From positions 8,856-72,855 of the forward strand of contig CAIVHB010000051.1 of assembly GCA_903905585.1 (NCBI GenBank): DNA of 64,000 nt. Direction: 5' to 3'. This stretch comes from an uncultured Ferrovum sp. Lineage in GTDB: Bacteria > Pseudomonadota > Gammaproteobacteria > Burkholderiales > Ferrovaceae. The position numbers were made by a program, and so were the translations under genes. This document shows positions 28,015 to 38,640 of the stretch, piece by piece. Below the pieces are notes generated by a model that searched no databases, was not told the origin of the DNA, and worked only from the letters and a program-made list of their open reading frames with translations. Every line of letters starts with the position of its first letter. Within the stretch, counting starts at the first letter, position 1.

Positions 28015-28284
28015 TCAGTTCACCATAGTAGGCAAACTGATGAACAGTTGCCTTGTGTAATCAGTGAGCTGCGCAAGCATCCAAGAACCCGCTAATGCGA
28101 GCGTGAGAAAAACAGCAACTAATTTGGGTATAAATGACAAGGTGCTTTCATTGATTTGTGTGGCAGCCTGAAAAATACTCACCAGAAGGCCAACCCCTAG
28201 TGCCACCAGCAACATAGGTGCTGAAATCATCAGGGTAACCTGTAAAGCCTCTCGGCCCATTGTTAATACACTTTCTGGTGTCAT
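28015..28284 (-). CDS. fliQ: Flagellar export apparatus protein FliQ
   Basis: The canonical 89-aa FliQ starts at ATG 28284 (MTPESVLTMGREALQVTLMISAPMLLVALGVGLLVSIFQAATQINE.TLSFIPK). The tracked ORF extends upstream into fliP. Confidence 0.93.
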   Translation of the reverse strand: MTPESVLTMGREALQVTLMISAPMLLVALGVGLLVSIFQAATQINESTLSFIPKLVAVFLTLALAGSWMLAQLTDYTRQLFISLPTMVN

Positions 28285-28303
28285 CGTTGATCTCTTAATG
28301 CTT

Positions 28304-29080
28304 TTAGGTTGCAAAACTTGAGGCGAGAGAGCCCAAGAGGAGTTGCCAACCATCTACTAGAACAAACAACATCAGCTTTAACGGCATTGAAATGATACTA
28401 GGTGAAACCATCATCATCCCCATGCTCATCAATACACTGGCAGTGACCAAGTCGATGATGAGAAAAGGAATGAAAATGGCAAACCCTATCTGAAAAGCTG
28501 TTTTTAATTCGCTTGTGATAAACGCGGGAACAAGTAAACGCATGGTTACCGACTCTGCATCAACAGGGGCAGGGTCATGCGAAATCTTTACGAATAAAGC
28601 CAAATCTGATTGACGCGTTTGCTTAAGCATAAAAGCTTTCAGTGGAACACTTCCTTTGGCAATGGCTTCATCAAAGCCTATTTTATTTTGAGTGAAGGGT
28701 TGCCAAGCTTCACTATAGACCTTGTCAAAAGTAGGGCCCATTACAAACATAGTCAGGAATAAGGACAAGCCAATAATGACCTGATTGGGTGGCGAGGTTT
28801 GAAGCCCTAATGCATGTCGGAGAAGTGATAGAACGATCACGATGCGGGTGAACGCGGTGGTCATCAATAGCAGGGCTGGAAGGAATGACAGTGCACCAAA
28901 AAACAGAAGCGCTTGAACACTCAAGCTATAGGTTTGTGTGCCCCCAGGGCCTGGTGCAGCGGTTAGCGCTGGCAACAGTGCAGAGTTTTCCGCCTGGCAA
29001 TTCCCCACAAATAGCACAGGCAGAACACATAAAACACTAAAAATAATTAGGGTGGCTTGACGCTTCAATATTGCTTGCAT
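28304..29080 (-). CDS. fliP: Flagellar export apparatus protein FliP
   Basis: Signal peptide from ATG 29080, then FliP motifs ([61 protein letters not shown]). Confidence 0.95.
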   Translation of the reverse strand: MQAILKRQATLIIFSVLCVLPVLFVGNCQAENSALLPALTAAPGPGGTQTYSLSVQALLFFGALSFLPALLLMTTAFTRIVIVLSLLRHALGLQTSPPNQVIIGLSLFLTMFVMGPTFDKVYSEAWQPFTQNKIGFDEAIAKGSVPLKAFMLKQTRQSDLALFVKISHDPAPVDAESVTMRLLVPAFITSELKTAFQIGFAIFIPFLIIDLVTASVLMSMGMMMVSPSIISMPLKLMLFVLVDGWQLLLGSLASSFAT

Positions 29081-29084
29081 CGTC

Positions 29085-29429
29085 TTAGAATCTTTTTCTA
29101 GGCTTAGGTTTTGCTGAGAATTGAGATAGCCATTGGGAAAAGCTGGATTTCTGAGGCGCAATTTGAAATTCGCTGACGTTCACTTGGCGAGGTAGGGTAT
29201 GCAGGGTATTCATTTGACCGTTTGCAACGCCCACGACCAGCCAGGTATCTGCAATCTCAAGGAGCACTACCCGTTCCCTTGCTCCCAGACGCACGCCACT
29301 GACAATTTTAAGAGGGTTTTTCTTAACATCGGGTAAGCCACCAAAGCGACGGAACAGCCATGCGCCAATAAACATGACCGCGACTACAATGACCAGACTG
29401 CCAAAGGCCTGCAGAAGTGCAGAACTCAT
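29085..29429 (-). CDS. fliO: Flagellar export apparatus protein FliO
   Basis: A 114-aa single-TM protein between fliN and fliP, with a 4-nt overlap with the fliN stop. Confidence 0.85.
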   Translation of the reverse strand: MSSALLQAFGSLVIVVAVMFIGAWLFRRFGGLPDVKKNPLKIVSGVRLGARERVVLLEIADTWLVVGVANGQMNTLHTLPRQVNVSEFQIAPQKSSFSQWLSQFSAKPKPRKRF

Positions 29430-29836
29430 CGATTGAGTTTCCTGATTCGCTCACTGGGGGTAATCACATCGGTGATGCGAATACCAAATCGTTCATTGAC
29501 CACGACAACTTCACCTTTTGCGATCAAACAGTTATTGACATATACGTCCATGGGCTCCCCTGCTATCCCGTCTAGTTCAACTACTGAACCGGGTGCCAAT
29601 TCTAACAAGCCTTTAATGGGTAGTTTGGTTCGACCTAACTCCACCGTAATTTGAACCGGTATATCGAGAATCATATCGATATCTCGAGTGGAAGATGGAG
29701 GAAGATCTCCCGTTAGAGGTTTGAATATATCAGCCTTAGATGCCTCAGCTTCTTCAACACTAGCAAAAGACTCTTGTTCTGCGAGTGCTGCCGCCCAGTC
29801 GTCAAGTTCGTTAGCAGTTTCTTCGTTTTCAGCCAT
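29426..29836 (-). CDS. fliN: Flagellar C-ring/switch protein FliN
   Basis: The SpoA domain is present (ILDIPVQITVELGRTKLPIKGLLELAPGSVVELD...GEPMDVYVNN.LIAKGEVVVV.E.FGIRI). Confidence 0.95.
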   Translation of the reverse strand: MAENEETANELDDWAAALAEQESFASVEEAEASKADIFKPLTGDLPPSSTRDIDMILDIPVQITVELGRTKLPIKGLLELAPGSVVELDGIAGEPMDVYVNNCLIAKGEVVVVNERFGIRITDVITPSERIRKLNR

Positions 29837-29841
29837 GGTGT

Positions 29842-30837
29842 TTAGTCCTCGAAGTCATCTTGTCCGTTATTACGAATGAGCTTATTCACCTTCAGTGAAT
29901 AGCGATTACGATGGGTGCCATACGTTGCCTCAAGTACGGGTACCCCATCGACCGTGGCGCGAATGGTCTCATTGATTTCAATGGGAATGATATCGCCCGA
30001 TTCAAATCCAATCAGTTCTTCAACCGTCAGCTTTCTTGTGGCCAAAGGGGCCACGAGCTCAAGGGTGCTAGATTCGAGTTGGTGACGCAAAGTCTGATGC
30101 CACCTTGCGTCAGTTTCCATCGATTCACCGTGTAGTGAAGACATTAACTGATCGCGCACGGGTTCAATCATGGTGTAAGGCATGCAAATGTGCACGTTGC
30201 CGCTGGCTGATCCCATTTCAATCTGGAAACTGGTACTCACAACAACCTCTGCTGGAGTGGCAATGTTCGCAAATTGTGGATTAATTTCACTGCGTAGGAG
30301 AGTAAATTCTAGTGGTCTGATGGTTTTCCATGCAGTTCCGTAATCCTCCCATACAAGCTTTAACATGCGAAAAATGATTTTTTGTTCAGTGGGCGTGAAT
30401 TCTCTCCCTTCAATACGGGTGTGAAAACGACCGTCTCCACCAAACAAGCTATCTACCGTTAAGAAAATCAAGCTTGGATCAAAAATAATGAGGCAACTGC
30501 CATGCAAAGGTTTTGCAGTGCAAATATTGATGTTGGTGGGGACAACTAAGTTTCTTAAGAATTCGCTATATTTCTGAACTTTAATGGGGCCCGTTGTGAC
30601 TTCATGACCTCTTCGAGTAAAGCTATACATAGAGATTCTAAATGCGCGTGCAAATCGTTCATTAATGATTTCAAGCGCGGGCATGCGACCGCGGACGATA
30701 CGTTCCTGTTTAGCGAGGTTATAGGGCTGAATTCCTGTCAGAAGCGGCGCTTCGGATGGAATATCCTCGTCCCCTGTTACCCCTTTAAGGAGTGCATCTA
30801 CTTCCTCTTGCGAGAGGATTTCGTCACTCATTGTCAC
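29842..30837 (-). CDS. fliM: Flagellar C-ring/switch protein FliM
   Basis: N-terminal CheY-P binding peptide (LSQEEVDALL), the middle domain, and the C-terminal SpoA-like domain. Confidence 0.95.
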   Translation of the reverse strand: MTMSDEILSQEEVDALLKGVTGDEDIPSEAPLLTGIQPYNLAKQERIVRGRMPALEIINERFARAFRISMYSFTRRGHEVTTGPIKVQKYSEFLRNLVVPTNINICTAKPLHGSCLIIFDPSLIFLTVDSLFGGDGRFHTRIEGREFTPTEQKIIFRMLKLVWEDYGTAWKTIRPLEFTLLRSEINPQFANIATPAEVVVSTSFQIEMGSASGNVHICMPYTMIEPVRDQLMSSLHGESMETDARWHQTLRHQLESSTLELVAPLATRKLTVEELIGFESGDIIPIEINETIRATVDGVPVLEATYGTHRNRYSLKVNKLIRNNGQDDFED

Positions 30838-30857
30838 GGCGCTGTCTCCTGTAACTT

Positions 30858-31448
30858 TTACTGAATGATGAAAGAAGTAAAAAAGATCTTGCTGATTTCT
30901 GGAATTTCAATCCCATCATCCTCTGCGGCTTCAGCAATCTGATCTGCAATTGTATCTGCAAGTTTTTGCTTGCCTTCGGTACTGCGAAGTTCTGCAGATT
31001 TAGTACTGGATAATATTTTTAGACATTTGTCCCGGATCATGGCCATATTTTTTTTCATTTCTTCAGCTGCAGCTTCACCTGGCACCTGAAGCGTGATACC
31101 GACTTGCAAAAAATGCTCTTGTTCGGTGTCGGCCAGGTTGACTGTGAAAGGATCTAAAACTAAGTAGGCAGGAGGTTCTTCTTTCTCTCCTTTTTTCTTT
31201 TTCTTTTTCTTTTTCTTTTTATGTTCGCCTGTATCTTCGTCACCCTCTTTTTTGGCGTGTATAGGCTTGGCTTCATCCTCATCGCTCGCACCTTCAGCGC
31301 CTGCTGCTGCCGGTTGCATGACTAAAAAGTAATAGGCGGCTCCGCCAACCATAGTGAGCACAAGGACTGCAGCAACAATAATGAGTAGCAGTTTTCCTTT
31401 CTTTTTAGGGGCTTCTTCCCCTGCTTCAGCAGCTTTTTCTTCGGCCAT
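30858..31448 (-). CDS. fliL: Flagellar basal-body-associated protein FliL, with a poly-Lys linker
   Basis: One TM helix and the FliL domain (YLVLDPFTVNLAD...HFLQVGITLQV). An acidic-then-K10 linker lies between the TM helix and the domain. Confidence 0.88.
   Translation of the reverse strand: MAEEKAAEAGEEAPKKKGKLLLIIVAAVLVLTMVGGAAYYFLVMQPAAAGAEGASDEDEAKPIHAKKEGDEDTGEHKKKKKKKKKKGEKEEPPAYLVLDPFTVNLADTEQEHFLQVGITLQVPGEAAAEEMKKNMAMIRDKCLKILSSTKSAELRSTEGKQKLADTIADQIAEAAEDDGIEIPEISKIFFTSFIIQ
31191..31220 (-). repeat. In-frame hexanucleotide tandem repeat, (AAAAAG)4 plus AAAAAA on the coding strand, encoding K10 in FliL
   Basis: The plus strand reads tttttt c ttttt c ttttt c ttttt c ttttt. The unit length of 6 nt preserves the reading frame if copy number changes. 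Confidence 0.9.
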
Positions 31449-31576
31449 GACTTCACCTCAATATGAATGAATGCATTATTACTTGTATTTTTTACGGTTC
31501 ATGCACTAAATAAGCCTAAACCTACCGGGTATATTCCGATTTTGATTCATGATGTCTTCTGTAAATGAATACAGTC

Positions 31577-32947
31577 TTAAGCAAAAGTATCCAATAGGCC
31601 ACGGTAAATCTTTGTTGCGCTACCCGAAGCAACCAAGCTGGGCACCGCTGTTGCGCCTTCCCCTATGGTGTTTAAAGAGGATGCACTTGATCGGCTACCG
31701 GCTGCGTCTTGATCTTGATTTTGTTGCGAAGATTGGGCAAATTGGCCGCTTAAGTCAGGCTGAACCTGAGTTTGCCCTAATTCTAGTCCTGCTTGGGTAA
31801 ACATATCTCTGAGCTGGGGTAAGCTGGCTTCAATGGCTTGGCGAACTGCTTCATGCGGGGATACGAAAACGGCAGAAGCTTGGTCGTGTTTTAAATCTAA
31901 GGTGATTTGAATAGGCCCTAAGTGCTCAGGGTTGAGGTTGAGTTGTGCAGAACCCATCTGGTTTTTTGCAATAAATAGCGCTTGTTGTCCTAATGCAGCA
32001 GCCCAAGGCCCTTCTCCTAATGCGGGTGCGATGGAGAGCGACGAACTGCCTGTTGGGCTCGTTAAGCTTGCAGTCTCACCCATGGTGTTTGCTGCGCTAT
32101 TTTCTTGCAGCCCCTCTGCGTAGATCAGATCTTGAGATGCATCAGGCTGAGCGCTGAGATGGTTGAGCCCGCTTGTGTTGCTCAATGCTGAACTGCCTCC
32201 AATACTAGCCAGCGCGCCTCCTGCCACTGGCAGAGAGTTTGAACCGTTGATCGCTGGGTTTTGAATGCTCGTTACCATGGCTTGTGCAAAATGACTTGCG
32301 TTCATGACTTCAGATTGGCTTTCTGCTAAAACATTGTTAGGGTTATTTGTTGCGCCATCCATAGGTAGCCCTGCTAAAAAAGCTTCTTGGCTTGCACTTA
32401 ATCCATGCACGTTGGACTGAGCAGCCCGGGTGCTGTTGTCAGGGGTGGGAGCTGGGTTTTGAGTGGGGTCGGTTTGTGTTGCATTTGCTTGGGCCGTTTG
32501 CGTATTGCCCATCGCTGAGCTTGAATCGTTGGTTGCAGATGAGGGAGCAGAACTAGATTGACTGGTATCTGCTGTGGGGGAAGCGGTGCTAGATGCGTCA
32601 TGATTGACTGGGGTATGGGTTTTATCTTTAGTCTTTTTGGGGTCATGAGGTTTATGAGCCTCATTGGCTTGCTTAAGGGTGGATTCATTTGCATTTTGAA
32701 CCGATCCATCTTGCAGATTTGCGCCAGCAGAAAAAGAGGGATTTGGTCGATGCGCTGCATGGGTTGAAAAACGAGAAGCATCGGCGAGTCCCAAAGATTG
32801 AGTCATGTTTATCTGGGATTGGGAGTTGACTAAGGCATCGGAAAACAGGCTGCCAAAAGAAGTGTTTGAACTCGCAGTCTTATCCATTAAATGGGTCTTA
32901 TTCGAGACATTAACTGCAGGCGCTAAAGATGAAGCAATGGTTGTCAT
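31577..32947 (-). CDS. fliK: Hook-length control protein FliK
   Basis: Position between fliJ and fliL. The N-terminal and central regions are disordered and Ser/Thr/Ala/Gln-rich. The C-terminal Flg_hook/T3S4 domain is present (AQLNLNPEHLGPIQITLDL...ASLPQLRDMFTQAGLELGQTQVQP). Confidence 0.88.
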   Translation of the reverse strand: MTTIASSLAPAVNVSNKTHLMDKTASSNTSFGSLFSDALVNSQSQINMTQSLGLADASRFSTHAAHRPNPSFSAGANLQDGSVQNANESTLKQANEAHKPHDPKKTKDKTHTPVNHDASSTASPTADTSQSSSAPSSATNDSSSAMGNTQTAQANATQTDPTQNPAPTPDNSTRAAQSNVHGLSASQEAFLAGLPMDGATNNPNNVLAESQSEVMNASHFAQAMVTSIQNPAINGSNSLPVAGGALASIGGSSALSNTSGLNHLSAQPDASQDLIYAEGLQENSAANTMGETASLTSPTGSSSLSIAPALGEGPWAAALGQQALFIAKNQMGSAQLNLNPEHLGPIQITLDLKHDQASAVFVSPHEAVRQAIEASLPQLRDMFTQAGLELGQTQVQPDLSGQFAQSSQQNQDQDAAGSRSSASSLNTIGEGATAVPSLVASGSATKIYRGLLDTFA

Positions 32948-32958
32948 GGTAAATATCC

Positions 32959-33408
32959 TTAATATGCAGATTGTTTAATCAGCGAAGCGCGGGCTGCAAA
33001 AGCATCCATCTCACGTTGCTCGCGTCGCAATTCAGCGAGTTCGGCCACTTTGCGTCTTCGCTCTAATAAAATTTCCAGGGACTTCATTTTTCGATTGGCT
33101 TCGCGCCACTGTTCTTTAGATAAATCTAAGTGACGTTCACTCATGAACAGCGCACGTTTTTGGAGTTCAAAAGCGTCTTGTAGCTTGGCAATAAAACCTT
33201 GAAAGTTAATCAGGTCTGCTACGGTTATTCCGTTTTCTGAACCCGATCGCAAGCGATCGTGGTATTCCTGCAAATAGTTTTGAAGCATGTTTGTTTTGTG
33301 TGTTTCTTGGTCACGCTTTTGTGTGGCTAGGCCTAGTTCGCGCGTGCGTGATTCGTATAACTCTTTGGCCTGTTCTAATAAAAAGTTCAAAGTGGCGTTG
33401 GGTTTCAT
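32959..33408 (-). CDS. fliJ: Flagellar export chaperone/stalk protein FliJ
   Basis: A 149-aa coiled-coil protein between fliI and fliK, with a 4-nt overlap with the fliI stop. Confidence 0.88.
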   Translation of the reverse strand: MKPNATLNFLLEQAKELYESRTRELGLATQKRDQETHKTNMLQNYLQEYHDRLRSGSENGITVADLINFQGFIAKLQDAFELQKRALFMSERHLDLSKEQWREANRKMKSLEILLERRRKVAELAELRREQREMDAFAARASLIKQSAY

Positions 33409-34844
33409 GACAATACCTCTGCTAAGCGCTGGCGAGACTCTAAGTAGTGAGTTGATTCGCGCAGGTTCTGCTGGAGATAACCTTCAATGCGAGGGAATAA
33501 ACCGATAGCGCGATCTAACTGTGGGTCAGATCCAGGGCTATACGCTCCAACACTAATGAGATCGCGCGCGCGTGAGTAACGCGAATAGAGTTGCTTAAAT
33601 TCCCTTACCTTTAAGAATTCATCGTCAGAAACAAGTTGATTCATTGCACGACTGATGGAGGCTTCCATGTCTATTGCTGGGTAGTGACCTTGCTCGGCTA
33701 AAGACCTCGACAGAACAATGTGTCCATCAAGAATGGCTCTTGCCGCATCAGCAATAGGATCTTGTTGATCATCCCCTTCTGTGAGGACGGTATAGAAAGC
33801 AGTGATAGAGCCACCCCCTTGTTTTCCATTTCCAGCGCGCTCGACCAATTGAGGAAGCTTGGCAAATACGGAAGGAGGATAACCTTTAGTTGCAGGGGGT
33901 TCACCAATGGCTAGCGCGATTTCTCGTTGAGCCATCGCGTAGCGGGTCAGTGAATCCATAATCAAGAGTACATTTTTACCTTGATCTCGAAAGTGCTCGG
34001 CAATGGAAGTAGCATAGGCAGCACCCTGCAGTCTCATTAAAGGCGGGCTATCGGCTGGGGCTGCGACGACAACAGAACGTGCCCGGCCTTCATCTCCTAA
34101 AATTTCTTCAATAAATTCCTTTACCTCGCGTCCACGTTCACCAATTAAGCCCACCACAATGACTTCGGCTTCGGTATAGCGGGCCATCATACCAAGGAGA
34201 ACGCTTTTACCTACGCCGCTTCCGGCAAAAAGTCCCATGCGTTGGCCGCGGCCTACTGTGAGCATGCCATTAATTGCGCGAATGCCTACATCTAATACTT
34301 GCTTGATGGGCGCGCGGTCTAGAGGGTTAATTGGGGTGGCATACAGCGATCCCCATTCAGGTTCAAGCAGGGGGCCAAGACCATCGATAGGGTTACCTTG
34401 AGAATCTAAAACACGTCCAAGTAAGGTTTCACCTACCGGAAATTGTCTGGATCGGTCAGAGCGTTTTTTTCTATGAGGGTTGATACCGTTCAGGCTCGGG
34501 GCGGTCATAGAGATGGGATCGGGTATGACAACGGCTCCGGGAGTCAGCCCAAAGACATCTTCATGGGGCATCAAAAAAAGCCGATGATCAGAAAAACCGA
34601 CTACTTCAGCGGCGACAGAACGTCCATTTTCTAAAGCAATGGAACAAGTACTGCCAACCGGTAAGCGGGGTCCTACGGCTTCTAGAACCAAACCTGCCAC
34701 GCGCGTGAGGCGTCCTGAAATGCTGAGTGGTTGAGTGAGTTCAAGTAACTCAGCGCAACTTTGTAAATAATTTCCCCACCGGGCTGCATGCTTTACAGCA
34801 TGGCCTAAATTTGAACTTGGGTTGAGGGGAGGGGAGGCGATCAT
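33405..34844 (-). CDS. fliI: Flagellum-specific ATPase FliI
   Basis: Walker A ([13 protein letters not shown]), Walker B ([11 protein letters not shown]), and the F1/T3SS ATPase core. Confidence 0.97.
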   Translation of the reverse strand: MIASPPLNPSSNLGHAVKHAARWGNYLQSCAELLELTQPLSISGRLTRVAGLVLEAVGPRLPVGSTCSIALENGRSVAAEVVGFSDHRLFLMPHEDVFGLTPGAVVIPDPISMTAPSLNGINPHRKKRSDRSRQFPVGETLLGRVLDSQGNPIDGLGPLLEPEWGSLYATPINPLDRAPIKQVLDVGIRAINGMLTVGRGQRMGLFAGSGVGKSVLLGMMARYTEAEVIVVGLIGERGREVKEFIEEILGDEGRARSVVVAAPADSPPLMRLQGAAYATSIAEHFRDQGKNVLLIMDSLTRYAMAQREIALAIGEPPATKGYPPSVFAKLPQLVERAGNGKQGGGSITAFYTVLTEGDDQQDPIADAARAILDGHIVLSRSLAEQGHYPAIDMEASISRAMNQLVSDDEFLKVREFKQLYSRYSRARDLISVGAYSPGSDPQLDRAIGLFPRIEGYLQQNLRESTHYLESRQRLAEVLS

Positions 34845-34845
34845 T

Positions 34846-35643
34846 TTAGAGTTCGGCTTCTACTTGGTCTTGGATCGCTTCTGAGGTCTCTAATTTTTTA
34901 TCTGTATCTTCATCTGCATCTTCAGCTGCAGCTACAGCTACAACTTCAGTTTTTTTTCTATTGGGAAGCCCTTGCCAGTCCAGTGCGTCTAGGCTTGCGG
35001 TGACCCGCTCCCAGCGTGTTTCAAAAGTACCGTCGATATCTGTGGTGGCGGTCATTAATTTAAGACCTCCGCGCGAGATGCTTGCCTCAGAGATAAAACT
35101 CAGTTTGCGGCCAGCAAAATCTTCGCTGAGATGTTTTTCAACCACAGCGAGATCATCGGGGTGCATGAGTACACGTGTGGGTTCCATGCTGGCGGGGAGG
35201 GCTTGAATAGCGTGTTCCACCATTTTGCTGACCAGTTGCTCATCCATTCGGTAGGTGAATCCGAGAACCCGACGCGCAATTTCGAGGGAAAAAGCTGTTA
35301 ATTCTGCTGCGACGACTTCATCTAGGCGAGACAATTCAGTCTGAAAGTTCTCGCTCATTTGGCTCAATATTTTTCTCTGATTTTCGCCATCTGAGAAACC
35401 TTCCCGATATCCTTCGTGATAACCCTCTTGGTATCCTGCTTGGCGCCCTTCTTGGTGACCTTCTTGCCTTGCCATTTCCTGCATGGCTTCAATTTCCTCG
35501 GCAGTGGGTAACACTACTTTTTCACTGGACTCTTCTTCTAATATTTCTTGTATTCGCGCAGAATCTGGGGCATCGAATGCCTGCATTTGCCATAGCTCAA
35601 CACCATCTTGTTTGACAGGTTTGCGCTTAGAGGTAGGCATCAT
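34846..35643 (-). CDS. fliH: Flagellar export ATPase regulator FliH
   Basis: The glycine-repeat segment typical of FliH is present ([25 protein letters not shown]), with a FliH C-terminal domain. ATG 35643 follows AAGGTGG; the tracked ORF begins at TTG 35661. Confidence 0.88.
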   Translation of the reverse strand: MMPTSKRKPVKQDGVELWQMQAFDAPDSARIQEILEEESSEKVVLPTAEEIEAMQEMARQEGHQEGRQAGYQEGYHEGYREGFSDGENQRKILSQMSENFQTELSRLDEVVAAELTAFSLEIARRVLGFTYRMDEQLVSKMVEHAIQALPASMEPTRVLMHPDDLAVVEKHLSEDFAGRKLSFISEASISRGGLKLMTATTDIDGTFETRWERVTASLDALDWQGLPNRKKTEVVAVAAAEDADEDTDKKLETSEAIQDQVEAEL

Positions 35644-36631
35644 CACCACCTTGGCCTGCAATCATAATCTGACCGTCATCTGAAAGCTGACGCACAATCG
35701 CGATGATCTCTTTCTGTGCTTCTTCGACCTCACTGACTTTGACAGGACCTCTGTTTTCCAAATCTTCTTTCATTGATTCAGCAGCACGTTTGGACATGTT
35801 TCGCAGAATTTTATCTTTCAGTTCATCAGGTGCTCCGCGCAGAGCTGTAATCAGCATGTCAGAGGAGACTTCGCGCAAGAGCGTTTGGAATCCTCGATCA
35901 TCAATACCAATCAAATCATCGAAGGTGAACATTTCATCTTGAATCGCTTGCGCAAGGTTAGCGTCATGAGATTCGATGCTGGAGATAATAGAAGCCTCTG
36001 ATTCTTTGCCAACGAAATTCATCAATTCTGCAGCAGCTTTGACGCCACCTAGTTTGGCTTTTCTCATTGACTCTCCGCTGGACAGTATTCGGCTGAGTGC
36101 CTCATTCAGTTCTATAAGTGCCGCAGGTTGCACACCATCAAGCGTGGCAAGGCGGAGAATGGTGTCGTTGCGTAAGCGTTCAGAAAAATTACGCACAATG
36201 TCACTCGCCTGACGAGGCTCAAAATGCGCAAGAATGGTTGCGATGACTTGAGGATGTTCGTTTTGTATGAGTTCAGAAACGGAGATGGGCTCCATCCATT
36301 TTAGACGCTCAATACCATCGCTATCATGATCGGTGATGATGCGATCTAATAAACTATTCGCCTTGTCCTCACCTAGAGCCATGTTCATCACCGATTTTAA
36401 ATATTGGTTTTGATCTAAGGCGGCCAGAGGAGAAACATTACCAATGAGGGACCGGAATTCTGCAATGACAGCGCTGATTTCCTCTTTTTCAATGTTTTGC
36501 ATGGAAACCATTGCCGTACCAATATCCTGAACTTCGTTAGGAGTGAGTTGTTTTAGAACATCGGCAGCGCCTTTTTCGCCAAGCGCCATCATCAAAATTG
36601 CGCTTTTTCTTACGCCCTCGCTAGTACTCAT
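35627..36631 (-). CDS. fliG: Flagellar rotor/switch protein FliG
   Basis: A 334-aa protein with GVRKSAILMMALGE..AA.VLK.L, the EHPQ motif region (EHPQVIATILAHF), and the C-terminal torque helix region. Confidence 0.96.
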   Translation of the reverse strand: MSTSEGVRKSAILMMALGEKGAADVLKQLTPNEVQDIGTAMVSMQNIEKEEISAVIAEFRSLIGNVSPLAALDQNQYLKSVMNMALGEDKANSLLDRIITDHDSDGIERLKWMEPISVSELIQNEHPQVIATILAHFEPRQASDIVRNFSERLRNDTILRLATLDGVQPAALIELNEALSRILSSGESMRKAKLGGVKAAAELMNFVGKESEASIISSIESHDANLAQAIQDEMFTFDDLIGIDDRGFQTLLREVSSDMLITALRGAPDELKDKILRNMSKRAAESMKEDLENRGPVKVSEVEEAQKEIIAIVRQLSDDGQIMIAGQGGDDAYL

Positions 36632-36641
36632 CTCATCATCC

Positions 36642-38435
36642 TTATTCGTTAGCCCAGATTCTTACAATCCCAGAAATTAACTGAGGATATTTTTCATGCA
36701 ATCTGCGTAACAGTTCCATTTCGCGCTCAACAGGATCAACAGGCAGGGTTTCGTCCACTTCTTCTTCCTCAATACCTTCTTCAGATGTGGCTGTCCCTGC
36801 TTCACCCGTTGCCCCCGCTTCTCCTTTTGCTAGGGCACGTTCAGCGGCAGTTTTTGCATCCAAACCATTCAGTTCATCTTCTTCACCGGCAATAATTTCA
36901 CGGCCAGCCAGAGCTTTCATTTCTTCTGCATCGACCACCCGTATAGGGGGTCCGCTCACTTTGTTTACCGCTGGGCGAATATAACCAAACCATAGGTAGG
37001 CCCCAACAATAGCCAGCAGCATGTAGCGTCCCACTTCTTTTGCCAACTCAATGTTCTCGGGTTGTTTCCAGAGAGGAAGTTCGGGGCCTGTGTCCTCTTT
37101 AGGCAAGTTGAAAGCGGTATTCACAACATTGACCGAGTCGCCACGCTCTTTATCGTAACCTACAGCATTTTGGACTAATTCAAGCAGTTGGGCACGTTCC
37201 GGTTCAGTAAAGGGACGATACTTAACATTTCCCTTTGCATCGACTTCGCGTTTATTGTTGACCACGACTGCGACGGTCAGTCTTTTGATGATTCCACCCG
37301 GGCGCTGTTCATACGAAACTTCTTTGTCTACTTCGTAATTTGTGGTGGCCTCTTTGTTTTCACTCACGGGAACAGTTGATCCAGATCCGGTAGCAGGTTT
37401 TGGGGCATTGATAGGTGCAATAGCATTGGGCGTGGGCTGATTAGTCAGGGCACCAGGAATACCGCCATCTACTGGCTGAGAGGTTTTTCCTTCGCTATTT
37501 TGTTGACTGCGAATCGATGCTTGTTTTGGGTCTCCGTTAGGTTTGTAAGTCTCGTTGGCTTTCTCTGCGCGAGAAAAATCGACTTCAGCACTGACTTGGG
37601 CGCGCACATTGTCCACGCCAATAATGGGGCTCAGAATGCCCTCTACGCGTCGCATGAGGCCTTGCTCAACCTCGCGCATATACTTAAGTTGAGTATCGTT
37701 GAGTGAGTTGCCGTCCTCTTTGGGCATTTCAGAGAGTAAGGTACCGGATTGATCGACTACGCTGACATTTCCCTGGGGTAAATCAGGCACGCTATTGGAA
37801 ACCAGATGCACAATAGCCCTGACTTGACCGCGCTCTAAGGTGCGACCCCCTCTCAAGTTCAGTAAGACTGAAGCGGTAGGCTTTTGTTGATCTTTTAAAA
37901 ACACAGAGGGTTTAGAAAGTCCCAAATGAACCCGTGCCGATTCAACGGCTGAGAGTGCTTGGATGGTGCGTGCCAATTCTCCCTCCAGCCCGCGTTGGTA
38001 ATTGACTTGCTCTTGAAATTGACTAGTGCCTAGTTTTTGGCTTTCCAAGAGCTCAAACCCCACTGTTCCCCCTTTTGGGAGGCCTTGGCTGGCCAAAGCG
38101 AGGCGAGCTTCATGGACCTTGTTTGAAGGAACAATGATGGCGCCGCCTTCATTAAATTTGTACGGAATATTCATCTGCTGCAAAGCGGTGATGATAGACC
38201 CTCCATCACGGTCGCTTAAGTTGGCGTACAGCACGCGCATGTCAGCATTCGTTGAAGATGGCGCCGCGTTCCATATGATGGCTGCCACCGCCAAGCTAAT
38301 GATGGCGATGAGCGTCAACATCGCCCCAAATTTTGGGCTGTTCAGTATTTCGCTGACTATTGAGGGCTTAGGGGGTGCCTCTGGTGTTGCTACAGTCAGA
38401 TCGTCACCATTCAGAGTTAGTTCTTCTGTTGCCAT
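36642..38435 (-). CDS. fliF: Flagellar MS-ring protein FliF
   Basis: A 597-aa protein with two TM helices flanking the conserved periplasmic ring domains (DRDGGSIITALQQMNIPYKF, LPKGGTVGFELL). It is divergent from fliE. Confidence 0.95.
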   Translation of the reverse strand: MATEELTLNGDDLTVATPEAPPKPSIVSEILNSPKFGAMLTLIAIISLAVAAIIWNAAPSSTNADMRVLYANLSDRDGGSIITALQQMNIPYKFNEGGAIIVPSNKVHEARLALASQGLPKGGTVGFELLESQKLGTSQFQEQVNYQRGLEGELARTIQALSAVESARVHLGLSKPSVFLKDQQKPTASVLLNLRGGRTLERGQVRAIVHLVSNSVPDLPQGNVSVVDQSGTLLSEMPKEDGNSLNDTQLKYMREVEQGLMRRVEGILSPIIGVDNVRAQVSAEVDFSRAEKANETYKPNGDPKQASIRSQQNSEGKTSQPVDGGIPGALTNQPTPNAIAPINAPKPATGSGSTVPVSENKEATTNYEVDKEVSYEQRPGGIIKRLTVAVVVNNKREVDAKGNVKYRPFTEPERAQLLELVQNAVGYDKERGDSVNVVNTAFNLPKEDTGPELPLWKQPENIELAKEVGRYMLLAIVGAYLWFGYIRPAVNKVSGPPIRVVDAEEMKALAGREIIAGEEDELNGLDAKTAAERALAKGEAGATGEAGTATSEEGIEEEEVDETLPVDPVEREMELLRRLHEKYPQLISGIVRIWANE

Positions 38436-38640
38436 AGTATTTATGCCATTTGATGGTTATCTAGCGGGTCAGGGCATCAACTTAATGTGCCCTATTCGCA
38501 ATTCATGAATCACATTATTACGCATTGTCAGCGCATCCTAATTGCATGATAAGAAGGGAGTAAAACCCCTTTATTGAGCTCTAGATTCAAGGATTAGGGA
38601 GGCAAAATGGCAGTCATCGAACATAGAAAAGGTGCATCAC

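Noticed and set aside
31185-31225. The A-rich lysine tract in fliL, considered as a programmed -1 frameshift site of the dnaX A-AAA-AAG type
   Set aside because: In the fliL reading frame the heptamers read G-AAA-AAG, not A-AAA-AAG. No downstream stimulatory structure is obvious, and no conserved alternative-frame product is visible. It is retained only as a length-variable microsatellite.
38471-38493. The AGGGCA-N11-TGCCCT inverted repeat and a GCGCAT…TTGCAT stretch in the fliF/fliE divergent region, considered as a possible operator or sigma-54 promoter
   Set aside because: The stem is only 6 bp with an 11-nt loop. The sigma-54 alignment lacks the invariant GG at -24. The evidence is too weak to call without comparative data.
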